A DNA stretch of 63,315 nt, filler included. It is 7 parts of 7 records of this genome, joined end to end, with 100 filler letters (N's around TTAATTAATTAA, not from the genome) between each part and the next. Parts side by side here need not be neighbours in the genome. Positions count along the whole stretch, not along the records: positions 41,082 to 47,939 come from SRR31156797_35469; positions 48,040 to 63,315 come from SRR31156797_35597; 5 more parts are not named here. One strand, written 5' to 3'. The first letter of the stretch is position 1. The number at the start of each line of letters is the position of its first letter. Below are positions 43,832 through 53,731 of the stretch, in pieces. Position numbers and translations under genes: made by a program. The notes under the pieces are model-generated. The model had not been told where the DNA came from and searched no databases. It worked only from the letters and a program-made list of their open reading frames with translations.

Positions 43832-46800
43832 ATGAATAAAATCTTTTTATCAATAATTATTCTACTAACAGCAATAAACTCTTTTGCAATGCAAAAAGTT
43901 ACTTTACAATTAAAATGGTTTCACCAATTTCAATTTGCTGGATACTATATTGCTAAAGAAAAGGGCTACTATAAAGATGTAGGTCTTGATGTAACTATCA
44001 AAGAAAGAGATTTAAAATATAACAATATTAAAGAAGTAATCAATAATAAAGCCCAATATGGAATTGCTGATTCAGTACTTTTTCTTTATAAAGCTAGAAA
44101 TGAACCAATAATTACAGTTGCTCCTATTTTTCAACACTCAGCAAATATACTAATAAGTAGAAAAGATAGAAAAATACAAACAATTGAAGACCTAAATAAT
44201 AAGAAGATAATATTTTATCCAAATGATGCAGATGGTTTTTCTCTTTTAGCTTTATTAAAAAAATTCAATGTAGATGCCGAATTAATAAGAAAAAGAGAAA
44301 AAGGTGACTATAAAAAAGTTATAAATAAGCAAGCCGACCTGATGCCTGCATATTTGACAAATGAACCTTTTCTTTTTAAGGAAGCAGGAGTTGAAATCGA
44401 TATCATAAACCCAATGAATTATGGTTTAGATATCTATGGAGATATGCTTTTTACAAATAAAAATGAAGCACTAAATCATCCTACTAGGGTAAAAAACTTT
44501 AGAGAAGCTTCTTTAAAGGGTTGGAAATATGCTTTGGAGAACAAAGAAGAAACAATCCAACTAATTCTTGAAAAATATAATAGTAAAAAATCAATTGAGC
44601 ACTTAAGATATGAAGCAAAAGCAATAGAGAGTTTAATTTCTAAAGATTTAATTCCTTTAGGAAATATGGATAAAGGTCGAGTACAATATATCAATAATTT
44701 ATATATTAAATATGGTCTTATGGATTCAAAACTTGATGTAAATGACTTTATTTTTGAAGAGTACATAAATAGCAAAGGAATTGATTTATCAAATGAAGAA
44801 AAACAGTATTTAGTTGATAACCCTACTATATCTGTACTAAATATGGAAGCTTTTGCTCCTTATAACTTTAATATTTCTAATCAAGCAAAGGGATACTCAA
44901 TTGAGTATATGAAACTTTTAGCCAATATTCTTAATATAAAACTGGAGTTTAAGACAGTTGAATCTTGGGCTAAATCTCTTGATATGCTAAAAGAAGGAAG
45001 TCTTGATATTATTCCACATATTGCTATAAATGAAGAAAGAAAGAAGTATATTGACTATACAGATTTTACACATATAAACTTTTCAATTGCACTAGCAGTT
45101 AATAAAAGTTCTGATATTGGTACTTTAGAAGATTTAAATGGAAAAACACTATCAATATTAGATAATACCTTTTTTGAAGAAATTATTAGAGAAAAATATC
45201 CAAAAATAAAACTCTTGACAACAAAAACAATAAAAGAAGCAATTGATGCTGTATCAAATGGAACAGCTGATGCAACAATAGAAAATCTATCAACACTAGA
45301 ATACCATATAAATAACTATTGGCTAAGTAACTTAAAAACAATAAAACTTAATAAAGATAGTGGCTTAGTAGTTAATATTCCTATGTATATGGGAGTAAAA
45401 AAAGGCAATAAGCATTTAAAATCAATATTAGAAAAAGCAAATGCCTTTGTAAAACCAAACGAAGTAACAAAATTAAAATCTGAATGGCTTATCAAAAATC
45501 TAGGGGAACATGTAGATTTTACAAAAGATGAATACGAATATCTAATAAATAAAAAAAATATAAACTATTGTATTGACCCAAACTGGATGCCACTAGATAA
45601 AATAGAAGAGAATAAACATATTGGGTTAAGTTCTGAGTATATAAAAATATTTGAGGAAAAACTTGGAGTAAACTTCAATCTAATAAAAACAAATAGTTGG
45701 TCTAATTCACTAGAAAGTATAAAAAATGAAAACTGTGAGCTTATACCATTCATATATAGAACAAAAGAGCGTGAAAATATATTAAATATCTCTAAGCCCT
45801 ACTTATCTTTTCCTTTAGTTATCGCAACTAAAATGAAAGAGCCTTTTATTGGAGACTTAAAAACCTTAGGTAAAAGAAAAGTCTCATACGTAAAAGATTA
45901 TGCCTATAAAGAAGTACTAAAAAACAGCTACCCTTTAATAGAGTTTATTGAAGTATCTTCTATAAATGAAGGTTTAAAAATGGTGCAAAGAAATCAAGTC
46001 TATGCACATATTGGTTTACTTCCTACAATTGGATATCAAATACAAAAAAACTTTTCTAATAGTTTAAAAATAGCAGGAGAAGTTCAAGATGAATGGACCC
46101 TTTCTGTAGCTACAAAAAAAGACAATGAACTACTATTTAATATTATGAAAAAAGTTCTAACTTCAATTTCTGAAAAAAAGAAAGAAGCCTTATTTAATAA
46201 ATATAGTTCAGTAACTTATGAAGAAAGTATCGATTTGAAAAAGATACTTTTTATTGTCTCTTTCTTTTTAGTAGTTATTGTGATTATTATATATAAAAAT
46301 AGACAAATTAATAAATTAAATATCAATATGAAAAAATATATTAGAATTATTGAAGAACATGTACTTACTTCATCAACTAATGAAAAAGGAACTATAACAC
46401 AAGCCTCAAAAGCATTTTGCAAGATAAGTGGCTATGAAAAAAATGAACTAATAGGGAAAAACCATAGACTAATTAGACATGAAGATATGCCAAAAGAGTT
46501 ATTCAAAGAGTTATGGGAAACAATTTCTAGTGGCAAAATATGGAAAGGTGAAATAAAAAACAAAAGAAAAGATGGTAGTTTCTATTGGGTTGAAGCAAAA
46601 ATCTCTCCTATTTTTAATAATAAAATGGAAATTACTGGTTATACCTCAATTAGACATGATATAACTGATAAAAAAAGAGTTGAAGAGTTATCTATAACAG
46701 ATGAATTAACTGGTCTTTATAATAGAAGACATTTTAACAAAGTCTTTGAAGACGAAATAAATAGAGCAAAAAGAGATGGTCATGCCTTAGCACTAATGAT

Positions 46801-47200
46801 TTTTGATGTTGACTGCTTCAAACAATACAATGATAACTATGGTCACCCTAAAGGGGACATTGTATTAAAAGAGATTGGTAAAACTATTAATAGTTTAACA
46901 AAAAGGTCTTCTGATTATGCATTTAGAATTGGTGGTGAAGAGTTTGCAATTATCTTTACTCCACACTTCAAAGAGACAGCTACTGATTTTGCAGCAATTG
47001 TAAGAAAAGAGATTGAGAGTCTACAAATAGAACATAGATTTAACAAAGCAAGTAATTATATAACAGTTTCAATAGGTTTATACAGTGAAAATGGAAATAA
47101 ACTGGAAGATAGTGAATCAATTTATAATCATACTGATGATGCTTTATATGAAGCAAAAGAGAGTGGTAGAAACAAGTTTGTTTTATATGAAAAGAAGTAA
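43832..47200 (+). CDS. Diguanylate cyclase with NMT1/THI5 and two SBP_bac_3 periplasmic domains, PAS and GGDEF
   Basis: LQLKWFHQFQFAGYY, DELTGLYNRR, DVDCFKQYND, RIGGEEF. Confidence 0.92.
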   Translation: MNKIFLSIIILLTAINSFAMQKVTLQLKWFHQFQFAGYYIAKEKGYYKDVGLDVTIKERDLKYNNIKEVINNKAQYGIADSVLFLYKARNEPIITVAPIFQHSANILISRKDRKIQTIEDLNNKKIIFYPNDADGFSLLALLKKFNVDAELIRKREKGDYKKVINKQADLMPAYLTNEPFLFKEAGVEIDIINPMNYGLDIYGDMLFTNKNEALNHPTRVKNFREASLKGWKYALENKEETIQLILEKYNSKKSIEHLRYEAKAIESLISKDLIPLGNMDKGRVQYINNLYIKYGLMDSKLDVNDFIFEEYINSKGIDLSNEEKQYLVDNPTISVLNMEAFAPYNFNISNQAKGYSIEYMKLLANILNIKLEFKTVESWAKSLDMLKEGSLDIIPHIAINEERKKYIDYTDFTHINFSIALAVNKSSDIGTLEDLNGKTLSILDNTFFEEIIREKYPKIKLLTTKTIKEAIDAVSNGTADATIENLSTLEYHINNYWLSNLKTIKLNKDSGLVVNIPMYMGVKKGNKHLKSILEKANAFVKPNEVTKLKSEWLIKNLGEHVDFTKDEYEYLINKKNINYCIDPNWMPLDKIEENKHIGLSSEYIKIFEEKLGVNFNLIKTNSWSNSLESIKNENCELIPFIYRTKERENILNISKPYLSFPLVIATKMKEPFIGDLKTLGKRKVSYVKDYAYKEVLKNSYPLIEFIEVSSINEGLKMVQRNQVYAHIGLLPTIGYQIQKNFSNSLKIAGEVQDEWTLSVATKKDNELLFNIMKKVLTSISEKKKEALFNKYSSVTYEESIDLKKILFIVSFFLVVIVIIIYKNRQINKLNINMKKYIRIIEEHVLTSSTNEKGTITQASKAFCKISGYEKNELIGKNHRLIRHEDMPKELFKELWETISSGKIWKGEIKNKRKDGSFYWVEAKISPIFNNKMEITGYTSIRHDITDKKRVEELSITDELTGLYNRRHFNKVFEDEINRAKRDGHALALMIFDVDCFKQYNDNYGHPKGDIVLKEIGKTINSLTKRSSDYAFRIGGEEFAIIFTPHFKETATDFAAIVRKEIESLQIEHRFNKASNYITVSIGLYSENGNKLEDSESIYNHTDDALYEAKESGRNKFVLYEKK

Positions 47201-47226
47201 AAGGAACTAAGTCCTTTTACTCTTTT
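47190..47226. terminator. Bidirectional terminator between convergent genes
   Basis: gtaaaagga / tccttttac stem with flanking A and T runs. Confidence 0.7.
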
Positions 47227-47938
47227 ATGAGTTTTTTAAATCTTCACACCTATGCTCTTTGATTTTATCAATATAATTAAATACTTTAGTTGTATTCTCT
47301 TCAATATCTCTTGCTACAGAGAATAACTGTTTATCTGTTTTATCTTTTGCATCAATATCAATATATTTTTGAACATTGCTATGAACTTTTTCGTGAGCTA
47401 CAAGGAATTCATCCCAATCTTTGTTGTTAGTATATGACTCATTTGAGTGTTGCTCAATCCACTTACCTAAAGCACACTCTGTATGAGTTTTAACTTTTGC
47501 TGTTTTACCATTTCCAAGCTCTTTAAAGTTTGTCTCTTTAAATGAAATATGGTCAAGTTTTAATTTTGTTGTATCAAATACTAAATCAACATCACATACT
47601 TGGTTTGATTTTGAAGTATCAAATTGTGTTCTACTAATTACTGACATTAAATTTGAAGCTATCTCACTTAAAGTCATTGCTTTTTGAGAAACTATCTCTG
47701 AAGCATTTGCATTCTCTTGTGTTGCTTTATCTAACTGAGTGATTACAGAGTTGATTTGCTCCATTGCTCTTGTTTGCTCATTTGTAGCAGAACTCACTTC
47801 ATTTACATTTGTTGTAACTTGAGAAACTTTTTCATTTAAGTATTTAAAGCTTTCAACCATTTGGTCTGCTGTTTCTTTACCCTCTTTTGTTTTTTCTTGA
47901 GCATAAATTACTAAATCTTTAATCTCTTTTGCAGCTTC
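47225..47938 (-). CDS. Methyl-accepting chemotaxis protein with C-terminal CZB zinc-binding domain, 5' truncated
   Basis: EAAKEIKDLV...EQTRAMEQIN...TQENA; KLDH...ECALGKW...AHEKVH. Confidence 0.9.
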   Translation of the reverse strand, partial: EAAKEIKDLVIYAQEKTKEGKETADQMVESFKYLNEKVSQVTTNVNEVSSATNEQTRAMEQINSVITQLDKATQENANASEIVSQKAMTLSEIASNLMSVISRTQFDTSKSNQVCDVDLVFDTTKLKLDHISFKETNFKELGNGKTAKVKTHTECALGKWIEQHSNESYTNNKDWDEFLVAHEKVHSNVQKYIDIDAKDKTDKQLFSVARDIEENTTKVFNYIDKIKEHRCEDLKNS

Positions 47939-47939
47939 A

Positions 47940-48039
47940 NNNNNNNNNNNNNNNNNNNNNNNNNNNNNNNNNNNNNNNNNNNNTTAATTAATTAANNNNN
48001 NNNNNNNNNNNNNNNNNNNNNNNNNNNNNNNNNNNNNNN
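47940..48039. other. Artificial contig linker
   Basis: N-run with TTAATTAATTAA. Confidence 0.99.
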
Positions 48040-48069
48040 CTGGCTACTGACTACTGGCTACTGGCTACT
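48040..48069. repeat. Heptamer tandem repeat (CTGGCTA)n at contig edge
   Basis: ctggcta ctgacta ctggcta ctggcta ct. Confidence 0.85.
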
Positions 48070-48142
48070 TATACCATTATAACTAATTAATTCTGATAGA
48101 TAGCCCACTTCCAGTGTAGTGTCCCCTTGTTTTAGGATTTCC

Positions 48143-49507
48143 TTACTTTTTACTGACATTACAGGTGTAAAAACCGTTATCAGGAGATATTTTCTTTGCA
48201 ATGTACTGGTAAGATTCTTCCATTACTTTCTTTAACTCTCCTTCAAGACGCCTTTCAACGATGAAGCTATCATGGATACACAGGCATGCTTCCCTCTTGC
48301 TGGTAAAATGTTCCAACACAAGCAAGGCTATCTGCGAATCGATGTTCGTCAGGGTATACCCTTGCGAACTCGCAAAGTATTCCGCAATCGGTTGGTGTGC
48401 CTCCTTGAACATCTCTACCAGCTGTTTGATGGTAGCGTTTGTTCCTTTCAGTATTTGCCAAAGTTCTGGTTCATCATTAAGAATTGTATAATTACCAGCT
48501 CTTACAGCCAGGGTGTAATCAGGGGTATTGAATAGGGCCAACAAAAGTTTTTTCAGGATTGGCCGCAGCCGTTTATCTGAAGTCACCTTAGTATATGGGT
48601 CACCAACATACTGAACCCCTTTCATGCAATACAACAGCGTAGGGTGATACGCGTCGAAATCCAGCTCGACAGTCGCATTGCCATCAATCAGCAATTTTGC
48701 TCTCTCTTCTTGCGGTAAACTCTGGTAGCCGATTGCACCATTATAAAATCGGCCATTATCGTTGAAAGAAGAGTTGTTATACACACGGTGAAGGTCACAG
48801 ATGATGCTGATTTGCTTCTTCCCGTTTGGTAGAGTGACCGTATGTGCACTGTTGCATCGGTTTATAGCCCTTACTTCCTCTTGCAATCGTTTCGCTAATT
48901 TTTTCTTATTGGGCGGAATAGGAATATCTTCTTTCTTTTTATCACCTAATTCTTTATTCTTCCGTAATTTAATCAGCTCACTGCCAAGGGCTGCATCAGC
49001 ATCGCTACGAACAGTAATCTTGTTAAGCAGTTCGAACTTCAGTTTCTTGGAAGGTGCCAGCCGTGTCCACCTTCGCCCGCCCTTTCTCTTAAAATATGTT
49101 CCAGGCAAAAAGTGGCAGTACCCGTTTTCAATCAGCCAGTTAACCACCTTAATGATGAATTGGCTGAGCTTAGGATGATTGATGTAAAAGTTAGAGTTCC
49201 GTGTTACCCGCAAAGGACGTGTATTGGAGGCAAAATATAAGGAGCATATTAGGTTGTAAAACTGTCGCTCTTTATCCTCTTTTTTCAGCACACGTGTCAT
49301 TCCCGCGCTGAAATCCGGTAAAAATTTCTGACTGAAAAAGGCGCGGGCTACCGGCAAAGTATCAGCTGTCGGTACCAAGGTCGTAATTATTTCAAAGGAG
49401 TTCCTGTTCGCATCGTATGGTGATATCTCCTCCTGGCGTTCATACACCATCTGCCAGACACGCTTTTTCATCCGCTCATTTCGGAGCTTGTTACCTATTA
49501 TTGTCAT
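48143..49507 (-). CDS. PolA/T7-RNAP superfamily polymerase-like protein (TV-Pol-like)
   Basis: NGRFY...YQSL...IDGNATVELDFDAYHP (motif A), RPILKKLLLALF (B-like), CLCIHDSFIV (motif C); ATG 49507 preferred. Confidence 0.65.
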   Translation of the reverse strand: MTIIGNKLRNERMKKRVWQMVYERQEEISPYDANRNSFEIITTLVPTADTLPVARAFFSQKFLPDFSAGMTRVLKKEDKERQFYNLICSLYFASNTRPLRVTRNSNFYINHPKLSQFIIKVVNWLIENGYCHFLPGTYFKRKGGRRWTRLAPSKKLKFELLNKITVRSDADAALGSELIKLRKNKELGDKKKEDIPIPPNKKKLAKRLQEEVRAINRCNSAHTVTLPNGKKQISIICDLHRVYNNSSFNDNGRFYNGAIGYQSLPQEERAKLLIDGNATVELDFDAYHPTLLYCMKGVQYVGDPYTKVTSDKRLRPILKKLLLALFNTPDYTLAVRAGNYTILNDEPELWQILKGTNATIKQLVEMFKEAHQPIAEYFASSQGYTLTNIDSQIALLVLEHFTSKREACLCIHDSFIVERRLEGELKKVMEESYQYIAKKISPDNGFYTCNVSKK

Positions 49508-49578
49508 AATAATATAACTATTGGTGATACTAGTGGGTGCCGGACAACTGACAACTCCAACACCCACTAGTTATTGAT

Positions 49579-50673
49579 TTACGGTTTTTCAACTGATGAT
49601 ACCAAGCTCAGCCCACCTGCATCAGCTTCAACAAGTTCCAGTACAACGTCATCACCCTCGCCTGGTTTTAAATCCCTCCCTTTCTCAAAAACGGCCTTCA
49701 GATGTACCTTGTCCACAGCGTCTTTATCGACACGCTTTAAAGCTATAATATTATTAAGATTGCGACGAATACTTGAGTGTCCGCTATCCTTCCCACTTTT
49801 ATTGGCATGGTGTACCAAAATTGTAGCTACCCCCATATTTCGTAGGGTTAAAAGCCACCTGTTTATTTGAGCCCAGTCTTTGTTAATGTTCTCGTTCATG
49901 CCGTCGGCTAAGGACGTTAAATTATCCAAGATAAGAACACGGCATTCGGGCGAATTAACAAAGTGTTCAGTTATGTCCTGGCGGTATCTTTCCGATGTTA
50001 TATTGATTGGCTTTCCTGTTATTTCCTGTACCTCAAGGCTGGAAAGTATGGTCAGTGTATTAACATGGTGTTCTTCGCCCATTGGCTGGGATAATAGTTC
50101 AATACGTTCGTTCAACTCGGGAAGTGGCAACTCGCCGTCAACCAGCAACACGCTACATCCTTGATTAATTTCCCAAGGCCCTATTTTTATCCCTTTGGGA
50201 TTTAACCTTGTCAAACCACAGGCGATAGCGTGGCCTAGCCAGCTTTTCCCAACACCCGGATCGGCATAAAGCATTGTTATGCTACGAGCAATCAGGAACG
50301 GCAGTAGATAGATTACCAATTTTTGGAACTCCATATCCAACAATTCGGTTGCTGTAATGCCGTAGTTGCTGACCAGGTTACCCTCTACCTTTCCTTCTGT
50401 TTTTTTAGATACGTGGTCAACCTTCTGGCCCCCTTTCGGGGGCCGGTGTTCAGGCAATAAGGCCAAATCTTTTAACTTTTTTCGGATATCCCTATTTTTG
50501 CAGCCTGCCTCACAGACTGCGCGAATTTTTCCATTTTGGGTTACCCTTATTAATAATGACAACCCATTATCGTCATGGCAGGGGCATTTGGTTTTATATC
50601 CATCTGGTACCTGCATTTCTTTCCCATGACCTAGTTCATTGGCAAGATGTGTTATTGTAATTTTGTTACCCAT
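49579..50673 (-). CDS. Primase-type zinc finger fused to RecA-like AAA_25 helicase
   Basis: KCPCHDD...CEAGC; ADPGVGKS, VDGE, LILDNL, LVHHANKSG. Confidence 0.8.
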   Translation of the reverse strand: MGNKITITHLANELGHGKEMQVPDGYKTKCPCHDDNGLSLLIRVTQNGKIRAVCEAGCKNRDIRKKLKDLALLPEHRPPKGGQKVDHVSKKTEGKVEGNLVSNYGITATELLDMEFQKLVIYLLPFLIARSITMLYADPGVGKSWLGHAIACGLTRLNPKGIKIGPWEINQGCSVLLVDGELPLPELNERIELLSQPMGEEHHVNTLTILSSLEVQEITGKPINITSERYRQDITEHFVNSPECRVLILDNLTSLADGMNENINKDWAQINRWLLTLRNMGVATILVHHANKSGKDSGHSSIRRNLNNIIALKRVDKDAVDKVHLKAVFEKGRDLKPGEGDDVVLELVEADAGGLSLVSSVEKP

Positions 50674-51847
50674 TGCCCACCTCTTTCACATGATAAAGAA
50701 AATCGTCCGGGCAAATTATTTCTTCTAAATATTTTTCCTCCTCAAATGGACAAAATTTTTCATCGGTAATATTTTTTTGCATATCCTCCTTCACGATGCC
50801 AGGGATGGCTAACAACTGCTCATCGGTAATACAATAGTCGCCATCAACCCATGAATCAGGCTTGATATCCAACAGGCTTAAACTTGAGTTTTTGATCAAG
50901 GCATCGTCGGGCACATTATTATCCCCGCAAACAATTTCATAAGGGGCAATGGCAAGATCGTTGATGACATCACGACTGTTCTTTTTAGGTAACTTTTTCA
51001 GCACACTTGCCTTCTTTTCCGGTTTTTTAGCATCGGTGTGAGTGGTAACGGCTATAGAAGAAACAGGACGTTGTGCCTTGGACACTGAAGTGTTCTGTAC
51101 CTTCTCTGGCCCACTTTTAATCATGTCGATGGCATTGTTAAGTACCTTCATCATGAACTTCCCATGTTCCGTGAACCGATTACCCGAGTTAGGCCCGGCA
51201 ACTTCTCGTTGCTTATGAATAAATTTGTCGAAATCCTTTCGCTTGCGTTCAAGGGAACTAATTACCCTTTTATCAGCAGCTTTTAACTGTTTGCTGATGC
51301 TTACTTCTTTAATTTTTTTAAAGTACTGATCAATGACAATACTGTCAGGTGCAACATCACCGTTTTCGATTGCCACTTTCAGCGACACGACATCTTTGTG
51401 CTTTATGTTGAAACAGCCTACATCTGTGTCTTCCAGTTCTTGCAGGAATTTTTTCGTGAAACACTTTGCCCCCAGTATATATATTACGGACTTTTTCAAA
51501 CCCATCAGCCCAGGATGATCCAGTGTCACACGGTAATAAGTCATCGCATTCTGTGCTGTCCGAGGAGGGATAGAAAGATTATCAGTAACCCACTTTATGA
51601 ACTCACCGCGCTTCTTCAATTGCTTTTTTACTGACACTAAAACCTTGCCCATTCTTCTGGTATAGTCCTCGACCCCTTCGTGTAACAGCCCTACTTCATA
51701 TCTACAATGATTCAGATAAGCGACCAGTTGTTCAAGAGGGACTTTTTCTTTGCCTTCCCACATTACTTCCCTGGTAAACGCCAGCTCTTTCAGTTTTTCT
51801 TCCCTGGCTACCCCTTGTTTGTCATTATCACTATATTCCATTTTCAC
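50666..51847 (-). CDS. DUF3102-like protein
   Basis: MGKVLVSVK...RGEFIKWV...PRTAQNAM. Confidence 0.65.
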   Translation of the reverse strand: MKMEYSDNDKQGVAREEKLKELAFTREVMWEGKEKVPLEQLVAYLNHCRYEVGLLHEGVEDYTRRMGKVLVSVKKQLKKRGEFIKWVTDNLSIPPRTAQNAMTYYRVTLDHPGLMGLKKSVIYILGAKCFTKKFLQELEDTDVGCFNIKHKDVVSLKVAIENGDVAPDSIVIDQYFKKIKEVSISKQLKAADKRVISSLERKRKDFDKFIHKQREVAGPNSGNRFTEHGKFMMKVLNNAIDMIKSGPEKVQNTSVSKAQRPVSSIAVTTHTDAKKPEKKASVLKKLPKKNSRDVINDLAIAPYEIVCGDNNVPDDALIKNSSLSLLDIKPDSWVDGDYCITDEQLLAIPGIVKEDMQKNITDEKFCPFEEEKYLEEIICPDDFLYHVKEVGNG

Positions 51848-52145
51848 TTTCTCCTTTATCTGTCGGGTTACAATGGTCGATAGGCTCGACCGAATCTATC
51901 ACTTTAATTCCGCCAGTAGCCCGTAACCATTTTGACTTATGCTGGTTGAAAACCTCTTCAACCGTCTGTCCATCTTCAGTGGTAACTATCATTTCTCTTT
52001 CGCTTCCTTTAGCGATAAAAAGTTTTCGATAGTGCTGTTTGAGTTCCTTCGCACTAACCTCTTTATTTTTCTTACGGAACTTGCTGAATACAGAGCTCTC
52101 CTTTCTAGCGTAGATGGAGTAGCTGACCTTGTATATCTTCTTCAT
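51831..52145 (-). CDS. Hypothetical protein
   Basis: Coupled ORF in operon, GGAGG RBS. Confidence 0.7.
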   Translation of the reverse strand: MKKIYKVSYSIYARKESSVFSKFRKKNKEVSAKELKQHYRKLFIAKGSEREMIVTTEDGQTVEEVFNQHKSKWLRATGGIKVIDSVEPIDHCNPTDKGESENGI

Positions 52146-52146
52146 C

Positions 52147-52410
52147 CTATTCAGCCCCTCCTTTAATATCCTTGGGCAACTTGACCCTTGACACCTCTTT
52201 AATTTGATACTCCAACAGACACTCTCCTTCTGCCGTGCTGGTCAGATGTTTGTCTATCAGTCCTTCAACTTCATATCGATGGGTACAAACAATTAGCACG
52301 GTTTCTGAGTGCCACCTGTACCTTGGCTTCCATCGTTCTGTTTTAAATTTTTTCTGCCTCCGGTAGCTATATAATACCCACCATACGGATAGACGGTTCT
52401 TGTCCATCAA
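52147..52410 (-). CDS. Hypothetical protein
   Basis: AAGGAG RBS, first gene of the replication operon. Confidence 0.7.
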   Translation of the reverse strand: MMDKNRLSVWWVLYSYRRQKKFKTERWKPRYRWHSETVLIVCTHRYEVEGLIDKHLTSTAEGECLLEYQIKEVSRVKLPKDIKGGAE

Positions 52411-52738
52411 ATTCTCCTTTGCCTAATTAAGGCACTAAAATATATGAGATTACTCATGAACCACCTCGGGGATTAAAAAGGAGAGGCTATTCAAGAGTGG
52501 TAACAATGCAACCTCAGTGTGGTTGCTGACACGTTAGGAAAGGTGCACCGACGAGGGTGCTGAGATGAACTAGGGCCCCAGGGAGCGGGGAAGACGAGAT
52601 CAATCTGGATTGCTTAAAGCGGCCGTCTGCCGGATGAGCGACGAAATCGACCATCCAACTGACTGTATAGTATCATACGAGCACCGATGTTTTCAACTAA
52701 ATTGTGAAGCTTAAACGCTTGTAATCGTGGCAAAAAGC

Positions 52739-52765
52739 TGTAGCCCTTATTTTATAAGGGCTACA
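52739..52765. terminator. Inverted repeat downstream of integrase
   Basis: tgtagcccttat-ttt-ataagggctaca perfect 12-bp stem. Confidence 0.55.
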
Positions 52766-52893
52766 AGGAAATATTTTTTTTCGAGGAAAGGGTAATAATG
52801 ATAACGGGGAGCAAGAGGGCATTGGTTGTAGCTTGAATTCGCCACAGCGCTCTTTCTTTTATAGGTGATATAAGCCTGTTCTGTGTTTCAAGA

Positions 52894-53589
52894 TTAGTTG
52901 CTCCACAGGCACTTGATTTCCTTTTGAACATCTTCCGGTAGTATCGCCGCGTAGATTTCCGTTGTCCGTGAACTCTCATGACCCAATTGTCGTTGAACGA
53001 CCCTGATGTCCCGACACTGGCGGTACAGTTGAACCGCGTAGGAGTGTCGAAGGGAGTGGATGCTCATTGAGATCGTGTACAACCCTAATTTTTTCAGGTA
53101 TTTTTTGACCATCAGCTGGAATGCTTGGCATTTCATCGGACCCCGCTGCCCTTGAAATACATGACTATCATGCTCAACGGATTCTCCTCTGTTAGTCTTC
53201 CACTTCAGGTATCGTTTAATGTGCTGCTTTGTGGTAACCGGTATTTCGACATAACGACTTTTCCGCCCCTTGCCGCATCGAATGAAGATACTACTCTGTC
53301 CGTTCTTGACGAGAAGGTCGCTGCACCTTAAATCTGCAATCTCGGCGACCCGAATACCGGTTGTGGTCAAAAGATCGATAGCCATCCATTCTCTGATGCC
53401 GGTGACATTTTTTCTCATCAATGCAACTTCACCTTTTTCACGCACTGTTCTTCTTAGCGCCTGGATTTCCTCCTTGCGAAAGTACTTCACCGTTTCGCCA
53501 TATCGGACAATTTGCGTTTTCGCATCGTTTTTCTGATTTTGATCTTTGATGGCTGGAGTGAACGGGATAATCTTTGCTGTGTTAGGCAT
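52894..53589 (-). CDS. Tyrosine recombinase/integrase (catalytic domain only)
   Basis: TGIRVAE, GKGRK, HSLRHSY, QLGH, TTEIY. Confidence 0.93.
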   Translation of the reverse strand: MPNTAKIIPFTPAIKDQNQKNDAKTQIVRYGETVKYFRKEEIQALRRTVREKGEVALMRKNVTGIREWMAIDLLTTTGIRVAEIADLRCSDLLVKNGQSSIFIRCGKGRKSRYVEIPVTTKQHIKRYLKWKTNRGESVEHDSHVFQGQRGPMKCQAFQLMVKKYLKKLGLYTISMSIHSLRHSYAVQLYRQCRDIRVVQRQLGHESSRTTEIYAAILPEDVQKEIKCLWSN

Positions 53590-53731
53590 TTTTTGTCCTC
53601 CGGAATTTTCTTTTGAGTTTGAGGGTTTGTTTTGCTACTCCTGAAAACCTATTACTGAACGTTGTAGACTGGCGTAGAAACCGAACTCCAAAGAAAAGGA
53701 GTTATTATATATTGAGTTTGGGAGTCGCCTT

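Noticed and set aside
10883-48039. Recurring TTAATTAATTAA within N-runs and apparent archaeal/bacterial gene mixing
   Set aside because: Artificial linkers joining unrelated contigs; not a repeat family or horizontal transfer
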